A DNA stretch of 63,939 nt, filler included, from Chiloscyllium plagiosum (lineage: Eukaryota), in NCBI RefSeq assembly GCF_004010195.1. It is 4 parts of one record of this genome, joined end to end, with 100 filler letters (N's around TTAATTAATTAA, not from the genome) between each part and the next. Parts side by side here need not be neighbours in the genome. Positions count along the whole stretch, not along the records: positions 1 to 30,662 come from NC_057710.1; 3 more parts are not named here. One strand, written 5' to 3'. A model generated the notes under the pieces. It was not told the origin of the DNA, searched no databases, and saw only the letters and a list, made by a program, of their open reading frames with translations. The position numbers and the translations under genes are program-made. Below are positions 12,630-24,578 of the stretch, one piece after another; the first letter of the stretch is position 1, and each line of letters starts with the position of its first letter.

Positions 12630-13047
12630 GAGGTTGCATAGGCTGGGGCTGTTTTCCCTGGAGCGTCGGAGGCTGAGGGGTGACCTTAATGAGATATATA
12701 AAATCATGATTGGCATGGATAGGATAAATAGACAAGGTCTTTTCCCTGGGGTGGGGGAGTCCAGAACTAGAGAGCATAGTTTTAGGGTGAGGGGGAAAAT
12801 ATTTAAAAGGGATCTAAGGGGCAACTTTTTCACACAGAGGGTGGTGCATGTATGGAATGAGCTGCCAGAAGAAGTGGTGGAGGCTAGTCCAGTTACAACA
12901 TTCAAAGGCATCTGGATGGGTACATGAGTAGGAAGGGTTTAGAGTTATATGGGTCAAGTGCTGGAAAATGGGACTAGATTAATTTAGGATATCTGGTTGA
13001 CATGGATGATTTGGACTGAAGGATCTGTACAACTTTATGACTCTATC
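12630..13047 (+). mobile_element. CR1 3' fragment
   Basis: ORF 12634-12927 LGLFSLERRRLRGDL...FFTQRVVHVWNELP. Confidence 0.92.
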
Positions 13048-13234
13048 TGGACTGCAAGAATTCAAGATGGCCGCTCACTACCATCACCTCCAGGACAACC
13101 AAGGACGGGCAATAATTGCTCACCCAGCCTGGGACACCTGAATCCCATAAATGAAGTTTTAAAACTCTCACTTTCCAGAGGACTATCATTTACTTTACTG
13201 ATCTCTTTATAACTGTCTTTATAACTGGATTATA

Positions 13235-13550
13235 TGTATTCCGAAATATCCTCAACACCGCCCTCTTAAACTATTTTCCTTCCCACCTATTCACTCCACC
13301 CTCCCAACTGACCCATCACAATTAGCTCCCACCTGCATCCATCTATCACCTTCCCACCTACATTCACCCCAGCCCCTCCTCCACCCCCCCTATTTATCTC
13401 CCAGCCCCCTTACCCCTCCACATTCCTGACTGAGAGCTTATGCCTGGAACGTCCACTCTCCTACTCCTCGGATGCTGCCTGACCTGTGCTTTTCCAGCGC
13501 CACACTCTTTTTGACTCTGACTCTCCAGCATCTGCAGTCCTCACTTTCAC
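13235..13550 (+). mobile_element. Penelope-like pseudo-LTR with a decayed hammerhead motif (13421-13458)
   Basis: Pyrimidine-rich tract, then cattcctgactgagagcttatgcctggaacgtc and the family end ccagcatctgcagtcctcactttcacc, as at 56079 and 59190. Confidence 0.75.
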
Positions 13551-13712
13551 CTTATGGTGGTGGGAAGGTCATTGATAAAGATGTCTAAGATATTACCCTC
13601 ACCCTGCAGAGATATCCTGGGACTGAGACGATTGATCTTCGACAACTGCAACCATCTTTCTTTGTGCCAGATTTGACTCCAAATAGGAGTCCCCTGTTCC
13701 CCCAATAGGGGA

Positions 13713-13991
13713 GGCAGGCACGGTGGCTCAGTGGTTAGCACTGCTGTCTCACTGCGCCTGGGACCCAGGTTCAATTCCCGTCTCGGGCAACTGCCTGCAT
13801 GGAGTTTGTACATTCTCCCCAGGTCTGCATAGGTTTCCTCCCACAATCCAAAGGGTGCAGGTTAAGTGAATTGGCCAAGTTAAATTGCCTATAGTGTTAG
13901 GTGTAGGGGAATGGGTCTGGGTGGGTTGCTCTTCAGAGAGTTGGTGTGGAGTTGTTGGGCTGAAGGGCCTATTTCCACACTGTAGGGAATC
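13713..13991 (+). mobile_element. HE1-type V-SINE
   Basis: A-box tggctcagtgg, B-box ggttcaattcc, V-domain core, CR1-like tail. Confidence 0.9.
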
Positions 13992-14321
13992 ATTCAAATG
14001 CTGTTTTGACATCTAGAGCAATCATTCTCACCTCATCTCTGGACTTCAACATTTATTTTAGCCATATCTAGTCCAAGGCTGGAATAAGGTCAGACGCTGA
14101 GTGACCTTGGCAGCTCCCAAAGTGAGAATCACTGTGCAGGTTATCGGTAAGGTACGGCTCCTTACTGGCATGGTTGACAATCTTTTCCGTGGCTTTGTTG
14201 ATGACTGGGATGTTGATTGGGATTGCTAAGGCTTGTCAAACTGTCAAGGTCTTGTTAAAAAGTTAACAAAAACAAATGTGGTACTAAAAAAAGGGAATGT
14301 TAGCTATTTCAGTGTTAGAGT

Positions 14322-14610
14322 CAAAAAGCTGCATATGCTGGAATCCAAAGTTGACAAGCAGGAAACTGGAAGAACACAGCGAGCATCAGGAGATAGAGAA
14401 GTCGATGTTTCTGGTGTAACCTTTCTTCAAGACATTTTTTTTTAAATGGAAGGAGTTGAAGGAAAAGTTGTTGAGGGTGAGGACCAGTTTGGCGAGGTGG
14501 AGGAAGCTATTGGTGGAGAGGGCTGGATGGGTCCGTTGGGAAGAAGGTGAAGAAGCAGAGGGCCTAGATGCCATCCTTTGTGGGATATGGAGATGTTGAC
14601 ATAAGACATT
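14322..14610 (-). mobile_element. Penelope-like element of a second family: RT fragment joined to a pseudo-LTR
   Basis: Minus-strand STNSFLHLAKLVLTLNNFSFNSFH resembles PLE RT; hammerhead-like gtcttgaagaaaggttacaccagaaacatcgac at 14401-14433. Confidence 0.7.
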
Positions 14611-15337
14611 GTAGGATTGGGTTGTATGACTGGTTTCCCAAACTAACATTTGCGCAATGGTTAATATCAAGTGGTTACTATCAAATATCAAGTGAGCATT
14701 TTTGATGAATAGATGCAAATATATATAAAATATGGAAACATTTGCTTTCATTAGGGCTTGAGCACTCAAGTGAAGTATTTGTTTTCATCAGGTTTATTTG
14801 AAAGAATTTCAATGTATTGAATATGTTTTGTATCAGTGAGCATGTGTTTTTTTTTGTTAATAGTGACATCATAAATAAAAAGATAACATTATTTTCTGTC
14901 AGCCTATACTGAGATATGCTGAGGGTGAATAATAGGTGATTTAGCGTGGAGAGGGAAAGGCAGAGGATGTGAGGATTTAGGAGTTGTCACTGAGATGTCA
15001 TTGGGGTTATAAAGAGTCATGGGGATGATTGAGGTTCGGGGAATATGAAGGGTCATGGGAATTGAAAATAAGTTGCTATGGAGGGTTAGATGCCATGGAG
15101 GTTCACATAGGCACCATCCTCCATGGAGTGCCATGGGTCAGATATGGAGAGTGAGGGGAATCAGGGGAGCAGAATGGATGCTTACTGTTGTAATCATTAT
15201 TTTGAACCCAAACCTGGAGTCCCCAGGTAAGCCATTCCCCTCTCCTGCCTTGGCCATGCAAGCTCCACCTCCTGGGTCACCCGGCCTGACTCTCAAAATC
15301 TAGCCCAACCTCCCTCACCCCATCACCCCAGAAAATA

Positions 15338-15640
15338 TCATAGAATCCCTGCAGCATGGAAACAGGCCATTCAGCTCAACAAGTCCACACCGAAGAGTAT
15401 CCCAACCAGACTCATTCCCTACATTTACCCCAGACTAATGCATCTAACCTACACATCCCTAAACACTACGGACAACTTAGCATGGCCAATTCACCTGAAC
15501 TCCTCATCTTTGGACTGTGGGAGGAAACCCATGCAGACACGGGGGGAATGTGCAAACTCCACACAGACAGTTGCATGAGACTGGAATCAAACCCCTGGCA
15601 CTGTGAGGCAGCAGTGTTAACCACTGAGCCACCGTAGCAC
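15338..15640 (-). mobile_element. HE1-type V-SINE
   Basis: Reverse complement of head (ggtggctcagtggttaacactgctgcctcacag) and V-domain core. Confidence 0.88.
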
Positions 15641-16647
15641 CCGCACAGGCAGCCACCTTCAAAGATTGGGTTTGCAGAGCCAGGAGTTTTCCCATCTCTG
15701 TGCTCCCAACCCAGAAAGAGAAAATTAAAGCCTACATCCCATTCTCCTAAAACCCACTGCACTCTGTTTCTCCTTGTTGGATATCCATCACATAATTAAT
15801 TGCCAAGTAGACCACAGGTTAACAGGAAGACACAGGAAGAGATTCAGGTTGGAAAGTCCACAACTTTAATACTTTTCCAGGCATGAATGAGGGATTAGAT
15901 GATTACAATGATTACATATCTATTCATTCCTCCTAATGACCTACTTGCTGCCATTTTTTTTAACTTGCTTTCACAGGTTTGTAGGTGTTGCCTACATTGT
16001 TGTTACCCATCCTTAACTACTTTAAACTGAAAGATTTGCTGCTAATTCAGAGGGTAGTTAAAACTCAACCACATTGCTTTGTATCTGGAGTTATATGTCG
16101 ACCAGAACACGTAAAGTTTCCTTCCTTAAAGAACATTGATGAACTATTAATGTTGAAAAATGAGTTTTTACAACAGCTGATGAGATTTTCATGAGTCACT
16201 GTCCTTTTAACTAATTCTTAATGCCACATTTATTATTTAATCCACCAACTGTCACAATGGGATTTAAACTTAACCCCCAAAACATTCACTCGATCTCTGG
16301 GTTAGTAGCACAGTGACATTGCAACTACACCACTATGAGCCCCATGTAAAATGTAAAATGTTCAGTTCATGGTCCTGCTGTAATTTGAGGTACCATTGTG
16401 TAGAACAAGATAAACAACCTGCCAGTTGGTAAAGGACACTGAGTAGCCCAGCAAATATGCAAAAAGCATCATCCCACTCTGAAGTGTTTTATTGGTCTGG
16501 TTTTGGTCAAACTATTTTCTGATCCTCATCATGATCACCATAGAAAGGTATATTATAGAAACCAAACAAGCCGTTCAGCTCAATCAGTCTGCATTGGCAT
16601 TTTCTTCCTATAACTCACTCTCTCTTCAATCCTTTTCCATTTGGCAA

Positions 16648-16725
16648 AAGTTTGAAAACATGTACCAACAGATTTAAGAACAGCTTCTTCTCCAACTGTT
16701 ATCAGACTTAATGACAGACCTCATA
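16648..16725 (+). mobile_element. Rex1/Babar-like LINE 3' remnant
   Basis: Translates SLKTCTNRFKNSFF, resembling Rex-Babar ORF ends; short, so weak. Confidence 0.45.
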
Positions 16726-16729
16726 CATA

Positions 16730-17420
16730 CCTCTGACATCTGTCCTGTATCTATCACCTCTCAATTTAAAGCTATGCCCTCTTGTGCTAGACATCACCAT
16801 CTGAGGGAAAAGGCTCTCACTGTCGACCTTATCCAACCCTCCGATTATCTTGTATGTCTCAATTAGTCACCTCTCAACCATCTTCTCTCTAACAAAAACA
16901 GCCTCAAGTCCTTCAGTCTTTCCTCAGAAGACCTTCCCTCCATACCAGGCGACGTCCAAGTAAATCTCATCTGAACCCTCTCTAACGCTTCCATATCCTT
17001 CCTATAATGCGGTGACCAGACACAATACTCCAAGTGCGGCCATAACTTTGTGGCTCCAAAACTCAATCCCTCTACCAATAAATGCTAGCACACCATATGT
17101 CTTCTTAGCAACATTATCAACCTGGATGGCAACTTTCAGGGATCTACTTACGTGGAAACCAAGATCTCTCTGCTCATCGACACTACCAAGAATCTTACCA
17201 TTAGCCCAATACTTTGTATTCCTGTTGCTCCTTCCGAAGTGAATCACCTCACACTTGTCCATATTAAACTCCATTTCCCACCTCTCAGCCCGGCTCTGCA
17301 TCTTATCTATGTCCTCTGAAACCTGTAAAATTCTTCAGCGCTATCCACAACTCCACCTACCTTAGTGTCATCCGCAAATTTACTAACCCATCCTTCTACG
17401 CCCTATCCACAACTCCACTG
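16730..17420 (-). mobile_element. CR1 LINE RT fragment
   Basis: WEMEFNMDKCEVIHFGRSN...[14 protein letters not shown] in ORFs 17002-17301 and 16863-17078. Confidence 0.93.
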
Positions 17421-17777
17421 TTTGTATGCAGTTAAAAAGAAAGCAAAGTGAGCAAGAGGATTATGTGAGAGAACAAAAAGACAGTATTTAGAGGCCCAAA
17501 AAGGGAGTTGAGTCCTTTAGTTCAATTGCTAAAGTGCTTGTCAAAATGCAGTATAAGTCGGTAATTGGTGAAGGAGGTTCTATAATTAGATAGCCATATA
17601 GATAAACAAACAGACAGACAGACTGAGCTGGATCTCCACATACAGGGAGATAGTTTGAAAGAAAGAGTGACAGAGAAATGTAGAGAAATTAATACATAGT
17701 AACAAGTAGAGACATCGAGATAAAAGAGTGAGATAGAGTCATAGAATCATACAGTATGGAATCAAACCATACTGGTA

Positions 17778-18470
17778 GGTGGCACAGTGGCTCAGTGGAG
17801 GTGACACAGTGGCACAGTGGCTCAGGGGAGGTGACCAGTGGCACAGTGGAGGTGGCACAGTGGCTCAGTGGAGGTGACACAGTGGCACAGTGGCTCAGGG
17901 GAGGTGACACAGTGGCTCAGTGGAGGTGACACAGTGACTCAGTGGCACAGTGGAGGTGACACAGTGGCTCAGTGGAGGTGACACAGTGACTCAGTGGCTC
18001 AGGGGAGGTGACACAATGGCACAGTGGCTCAGGGGAGGTGACACAGTGGCTCAGTGGAGGTGAAACAGTGGCTCAGGGGAGGTGACACAGTGGCACAGTG
18101 GAGGTGACACTGTGACTCAGTGGAGGTGACACAGTGGCTCAGTGGAGGTGGCACAGTGGCACAGTGGCTCAGGGGAGGTGACACAGTGGCACAGTGGCAC
18201 AGTGGAGGCAGCACAGTGGCTCATTGGAGGTGGCACTCTGGAGGTGGCACAGTGGCTCAGTGGAGGTGACACAGTGGCACAGTGGAGGTGACTCAGTGGC
18301 TCAGTGGAGGAGGCACAGTGGCACAGTGGAGGCAGCACAGTGGCTCATTGGAGGTGGCACACTGGAGGTGACACAGTGGCACAGTGGCTCAGTGGAGTTG
18401 ACACAGTGGTACAGTGGAGGTGGCTCAGTGGAGGTGACACGATGACTCAGTGGTTAGCACTGCTGCCTCA
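17778..18470 (+). repeat. Complex minisatellite (cagtggcac / cagtggctc / cagtggaggtgaca units) ending in an HE1 SINE head
   Basis: About 690 bp of shuffled 9- and 14-nt units ending in cagtggttagcactgctgcctca. Confidence 0.92.
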
Positions 18471-18479
18471 GGTGACAAT

Positions 18480-19830
18480 TCGTCACAAGCACGACAGTGC
18501 TTAAGCTGGAGCACATCTCTGTTTGAAATAAGGTCCTGACACCCAGAATACCAGGAGATATTGGCAGTGGTGAGTCCATCCAACATTGGAGATCACAAGG
18601 CAAGTGGAGTGCATTAGAGGCATGATGCGGAGAATACAAAGGCCCAGTGTGGAGAACTGCACGAGGAAACTCACTGGAGGTCACGGAGAAACCTTCCATG
18701 GAACTCCTGAAATTGATTCTTAGCCAGTTTTTACTAAAGTTTAACCCATTGTCTCTGGAAAAAGATAATGCACGTGACATGGTGAAAGTGGAAAGATGTC
18801 AGAGACTGAGACTTCAAAACTGACGAGGTGAAGATAGTGGCTTGGCCACCCTGAAGTCTGTCCCTCAAGTTGATACGATCTCAGGACCAGAGATGGATGC
18901 ATCCCAGGATACTGAGGAAAGTGACAGTGGATATTGGAAAGGTGTAAGTCTTAGTTTTGGTTGCCAGAGACAGGACGTGGAAATACCACACCCTGGTTAA
19001 AGGGGTGTAAAGGTAAACTCAGCAATCCAGGCTGGGCAGTTTCATCTCAGTGATCTGGAAATATTTATAGAAATTATGATTCAGGACATTTGGGAAATTA
19101 ATAGTCAGAGGCAAATTTATTAAGGAACATTAGGATGGATTTGTTTAGGGCAAATCTTGTTTAACTAACTTGCTTCGATCCTTTGACAAGGACCTTCAAA
19201 AGGCAGTTGTTAAAATGCTGCTCAATAGACTTATGGACAATGTCAGAGTTCACAGAATAAAGGGACAGGAACAATGAAGACAGAAAATTATCTTAATTTA
19301 AGGAAACAAAGTGTCATAGTGAATGGAGAATAGTTTATAGAGGAACTCTCCTGGGATCAATGTCAGGATTTTACTGATTTGCCTGATGTAGCTTAACAAT
19401 CTGGATCTTGGATTACAGAGTTGAAAAGTGTGTTGCTGGAAAAGCGCAGCAGGCCAGGCAGCATCCGAGGAGCAGGAGAATCGACTTTCGGGCATAAGCC
19501 CTTCTTCAGGACTGAGCCTTTCCTGAAGAAGGGCTTATGCCCAAAACGTCGATTCTCCTGCTCCTCAGATGCTGCCTGGCCTGCTGCACTTTTCTAGCAC
19601 CATACTTTTCAACTCTGGTAAATCCAGCATCTGCAGTCCTCACTTTCTCCTTGGGTTACACAGCACAGCATCAAAATTTGCAAATGATATGAAATTTGAA
19701 AGTTTTGAGAACCGAGAAGAGTACTGTAGAAATTGAAATGGGTACAGATGATTTAGTGGAATGGGTGGCAGATAAGATCTATTGAAAATGTCAGGACCAG
19801 AGAGCACCGTTAATAAAGCACACAAAAAAG
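18480..19830 (+). mobile_element. Highly degenerate old CR1 ORF2
   Basis: Remnants GPxGMHPRILR, GFVxGKSCLTNL and LDLG..SKFANDMK across frameshifts. Confidence 0.7.
19416..19650. mobile_element. Palindromic Penelope-derived mini-element with two opposed hammerhead motifs
   Basis: 19416-19511 is the near reverse complement of 19521-19617; flanked by ttggattaca (19408-19417) and ttgggttaca (19651-19660). Confidence 0.85.
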
Positions 19831-20461
19831 ACGTTTGCACCCACCTTCAGTCAGAAGTGCATGATGGACTTACATCTTCAGCAGGTCCACACCATCACAG
19901 AAACCAGTTTCAAACTGATTTGATTCACTCCACATGATACGGAGAAACCATTTTTTAAATGAATAAAACGTGTTTTTTTGAAATAAAAAGCAAGTTGTTC
20001 TCCCAGGCCAGACCCTCCTAGTGCCCCAAATGCATGTAAATACACTCTTGTGTATGGCTTTGGTTTGTTGGGATAAGGTCAAACTCCAATGTTTGTTTGA
20101 TTGCTCAATATGCTACTGTACAGAACAGAACTGCATTTGTTATATATATGAGATATTTTTATGAATACAGTATAATTTTGAAATTAAGAAATGAAGAAAT
20201 AGTTGGAGACACTCATGGGCCATGACAACATTCTGCCAACTGTACTTGGATACTTATGCTCCAGAATTCACTATGTTCCGAGGTGAGACATTTCATAACT
20301 ACAGTACTAACATCTAACAGAGCATGCAGACGAAGGTATATTAATTACAGGAAAAAGCAAGACAAATTTGACCTGGTCAATTGCCACCCCACCTACCTCG
20401 CCTTGATCATCAGCAAAATGATGGAAAGGGATTGTCCACAATGTTACGTCGGCAGTGTTAC

Positions 20462-20990
20462 CAGACACTGGTGCGGCCACAGGAGTATTGCGGGCAGTTC
20501 TGGTCGCCACATTATAGGAAGGATGTGGAAGCTTTGGAAAGGGTTCCGAGGAGATTTACCAGGATGTTGCCTGGTATGATCGGTCTTACGAGGAAAGGCT
20601 GAGGAAACGGAGACTGTTTTCGTTGGAGAGAGGAAGGTTGAGAGGTGACTTAATCGAGACATATAAGATCATCAGAGGGTTAGATAGGATGGATAGTGAG
20701 AGCCTTTTTCCTCAGATGGTGAAGGCTAACACGAGGGGACATAGCTTTAAATTGAGGGATAATAGATATAGGACAGATATTTTTTTCACTCAGAGAGGAG
20801 GAGGGGTGTGGAATGGCCTGTCTGCAACAGTAGTAGACTTGCTGACGTTAAGGGCATTTAAATGGGTTTTGGACATACATATGGATAATAATGGAACGGT
20901 GTAGGTTAGATGGACATCAGATTAATTTCACAGGTCAGCACAGCATTGCGGCCGAAGGGCCTGTACTGCGCTGTAACATTCTATGTTCTA
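20462..20990 (+). mobile_element. CR1 3' fragment (nested)
   Basis: [26 protein letters not shown]; tail aacattctatgttcta. Confidence 0.92.
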
Positions 20991-21207
20991 TGATATGAAG
21001 CATCACTTGCAAAGGAATAAACTGCTCACTGATGCTCAGCTTGAATTTGACCATCACAACCTTAACAAAAAGCAAAATTCTAGAATTGAGGTGCGTATGA
21101 GTACTCTTGACATCAAGGCAGTGTTTGACCAAGTATTGCATTGAGGAGCCCTTGCAAAACTAAAGTCAATGGGAATTAGGGATAAACTGTCCACTGGTTG
21201 GAGTCAT

Positions 21208-22011
21208 GAGTCAAAATGTGTGGCACTGGAAAAGCACAGCCGGTCAGGCACCATCAAGGACCAGGAGAGTCGACATTTCGAGCATAAGATCTTCATCAGG
21301 AATGTGGAGGGAGGGCCCAAGGGGGCTGAGAGATAAATGGAAAGGGGGTGGGGCTGGGGGAAGACAGCTAGGAATGCGATATGTAGATGAAGGTGGGGGA
21401 TGATGGTGATAGGTAGGAGTGGAGGGGGAAGCGGATAGGTAGGAAGGAAGATGGATAGTTCAAGAGGGCAGTGCTGAGTTGGAGGGTAGGGAAGGGGAGG
21501 TGAGGAAACTGGTGAAATTGCCATTGATCCTGTATGCTTGGAGGGTCCCAAGGCAGAAAGTGAGGTGTCCTTCCTCTCGGCATCGGATGGTTAGGATTTG
21601 GTGCTGGAGGAGGTCCAGAACTTGCATGTTCTTGGCAGAGTGGGAGGTGGAGTTCAACTGTTCGGCCACAGGGTGGTGGGTTTGGGTTGGTGCTCCAGAA
21701 ATGTTCTCTGAATGTTCCACAAGTTGGCATCCTGCATCCCTAATGTAGAGGAAACTACATCGAGAGCAACACTCACAGTAGATGAGACATTTGAATGTGC
21801 AGGAAAATCTGTGCTAGATGTGGAAGGATCGTTTGGGGCCTTACATGGAGGTGAGGGGGGAGGTGTAGGCATAGTTATTACAACTCTTGCGGTGGCCATT
21901 CCCTCCATGACTCACTTGTTATGTCCACCTCCACCCCCCCTCCCCCACCCCACCCCACCAAGCCAGCCTCCACTCCAGGCACCTTCCGTTCCCAAAAAAA
22001 AAACACTTTCT
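21208..22011 (-). mobile_element. Penelope-like element fragment (GIY-YIG end plus pseudo-LTR) with an inverted 5' segment and a 15-bp TSD
   Basis: Minus-strand TFREHF, HPVAEQLNSTSHSAKNMQVL..EEGHLTFCLGTLQAYRINGNF; actggttggagtcat at 21193-21207 and 22012-22026. Confidence 0.85.
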
Positions 22012-22129
22012 ACTGGTTGGAGTCATATCTAGCACAAAGGGAGATGGCTGACACTGTTGACAAAATAGCTCTGGAACTTGTTTAGTCATCTCAGCTCCAG
22101 GGTATCTGAGATCCACGCTATCTCAGCTC

Positions 22130-22441
22130 CGATTAGATTCCCTACAGTGTGGAAACAGGTCCTTTGGCCCAACGTCCACACCAATCCTCCGAAGAGTAAC
22201 CCACCCAGACCCATTTCCCTCTGACTATCTCACCTAACACTATGGGCAATTTAGCATGGCCAATTCACCTGACCTGCCCATCTTTGGACTGTGGGAGGAA
22301 ACCGGAGCACCCGGAGGAAACCCACGCAGATACGGGGAGAATGTGCAAACTCTACACAGACAGTCACCCGAGGCTGGAATCGAACCTGGGACCTTGGTGC
22401 TGTGAGGCAGCAGTGCTAACCACTGAGCCAACGTGCCACCC
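22130..22441 (-). mobile_element. HE1-type V-SINE, young and full length
   Basis: Well-preserved head, B-box ggttcgattcc, V-domain core, gattagattccc tail. Confidence 0.93.
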
Positions 22442-22573
22442 ATGACATCTCAGCTCTAGGATATCTCTGCAGGAGTTCCTAAGACCTCGGGTCAAACCCT
22501 TTCAACTGCTTCATCAATGACCTTGCTTCTATCATAACATCAGAAATGGTGATGTTCATCAATGATCACACAC

Positions 22574-22609
22574 ATTCCTGAAGAAGGGCCTGTGCCCGAA
22601 ACGTCGAAT
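22574..22609 (+). ncRNA. Minimal type I hammerhead ribozyme motif, intact core, in a ~100-bp Penelope-derived insertion
   Basis: ATTC-CTGAAGA-A-GGGC-ctgt-GCCC-GAAA-CGTC-GAAT: stem I ATTC/GAAT, stem II GGGC/GCCC, palindromic ACGT in place of stem III; predicted cleavage after C22605; TSD tcacacac at 22566-22573 and 22668-22675. Confidence 0.85.
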
Positions 22610-23008
22610 CTCCTGTTCCCTGGATGCTGCCTGACCTGCTGTGCTGTTCCAGCAATAAAGTTTCAACTCACACACTGTTCAGCACACCTTGCAATTATTC
22701 AGCACATAGTACAATGAAGGGTATGTAGTTTAGTCTGATCTTAGAGTAGGATAGAACACCGGCACAAAATTGAGGGCCTGTACTGTGCTGTATTGTTCTA
22801 TGTTCCATGTTCTAGATACTGAAGCAGCCTGTGCCTATATGTAGGAAGAGCTGGGCAACATCAAGGCTTGGACTGATAAATGTCAAGGATATTCATATCA
22901 CCCAAGTGCAGGCAACAGTCATCTCAATCAAAAGTGAAGGCAACCCATCTCCTGGACATTCCATTGAATCAGCCTTGAATCTTCCACTATCACCACCCTA
23001 AAGGTTAG

Positions 23009-23096
23009 GTCAGAGTGCTGCTGGAAAAGCACAGCAGGTCAGGCAGCATCCGAGGAGCAGGAAAGTGGACGTTTTAGGCAAAAGCCCTTCATCAGG
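23009..23096 (-). mobile_element. Tiny Penelope pseudo-LTR insertion with a mutated hammerhead
   Basis: Minus strand cctgatgaagggcttttgcctaaaacgtc; 7-bp TSD aggttag at 23002-23008 and 23094-23100. Confidence 0.8.
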
Positions 23097-23666
23097 TTAG
23101 CCTTCACCAGAAAATATCCAGGGCCAACCATATTAGTATTGTGCCGCAGGATTACTTGTATGGCTAGGACTTCTGTGACAAAGGATGGAATATATTTTCT
23201 AAAGCAGTCCACTCAATTGGCTCCCCATCCAATACCTTTAACACTCGCCTTCTTTCCCATTGTCAGTCAGTAACAGCAGTGTGTAACATCTATCAGATGT
23301 ACTACAGCACCTCACCCAGCTAAGGCTCCATTAATAACACCTTCCAAACACAGGATCACTACCACCAAGAAGGACAAGAGCAGTAATAGATAGGGACAAC
23401 ACCATCACCTGCAAGATCCTCTAAGTCACACACTATTCTGGCATGGAACTATACCTCCATTGCTTCATTTTAGCTGTGTCAAAATCCTGGAAGTCCCTCT
23501 CCCCAGCAGACTGTGATTATACCCACACCCATTAGCTACAGCTTTAAGATGACAGCTCACTACTATCTTCTCAAAGGCAATTAGGAGTGGACAATAAATA
23601 TTTGCCTTGTCAGCGATGCCTCAACATATTAAGTAAAAATACGACATCTTGGGCTTTATTAATAGG

Positions 23667-23795
23667 AGGAGAAAGTGAGGACTGCAGATGCTGGAGATCA
23701 GAGCTGAAAATGTGTTGCTGGAAAAGCGCAGCAGGTCAGGCAGCATCCAAGGAGCAGGAGAATCGACGTTTCAGGCATAAGCCCTTCTTCAGGAA
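23667..23795 (-). mobile_element. Penelope pseudo-LTR insertion with a hammerhead motif, inside an old CR1 (about 23640-24290)
   Basis: Minus strand ttcCTGAAGAagggcttatgcctGAAACGTCgatt. Confidence 0.8.
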
Positions 23796-24578
23796 CCTAC
23801 AGTACAAAAGCAAGGACGTTAAACCTGCATTAAACACTGGAACAGCCTCACCCTGGTGTGTTCCAACCAGCTGTGGGACTTTCTTTCAGGAAGGATGTGA
23901 AGCTTTCAATGAAGGTGCAGATAAGATTAGGCAGACTGGTCCTTGGGGACCAGAGGACATTTCATTTCAAGGATAAATTGAAGAAACTGTTTCCCCTGGA
24001 TAGTTGAGTGTTATTAGACATAGATGTTTGTGTTTGGACAGTATAGACATGGAGAAACTGCTTCCGTTGATGGAGGGGAATTTACAAAAGCCAAAATGAT
24101 GATTGGAGCAAAATGCTTTCACACAATGAGTGGTTAGCATCAGGTATGCACTGCCAGAGAGTGTGGTGAGGCCTTCAAACTGAAAGGACTTTGGAAGAAG
24201 AAGTAGGAGATTGATAGGAGGCAAATCGGTCTTTCAGAGGGCTAGCAAAGACATGATAGGATGAATGGTCCTCAGTGCATTGTAACTGTTATGTAATTTT
24301 AGGATAATAGAGGGCACCAAGTTCCTGGTGGCCTGACCACAGGAATAGACCAATTTCATAAACAGCAGTGAAAGACTAGACTTCCTGAGCAGTCCCTCAG
24401 ACTAGAAAAAAATTACATTACAATTTTAAAAACACTCATCTGCCTTTTACTGTCTTGCTAAGTTTTCTGGTCTTTGGGAAGAAAGTGATTGAATGGGTAG
24501 GAAGGGAAATAAACTAAAGTGCCTTTTTAAAAGCAATTTCTTGGTTTCAATTAAATACACAGATATATTTATTTTCAG

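Larger units (their letters stand above)
20180..23640 (+). mobile_element. Old CR1/L2-group LINE hosting at least six younger insertions
   Basis: RT remnants (LDIKAVFDQV, WLESYL, FNCFINDL, MFINDHT) stay collinear once the inserts are removed; family 3' tail at 23330-23640. Confidence 0.7.

Noticed and set aside
17689..18504. Repetitive ORFs (PPLSHCATV) and CRISPR-like periodicity
   Set aside because: Translation of a minisatellite; no unique spacers, no cas genes, vertebrate DNA
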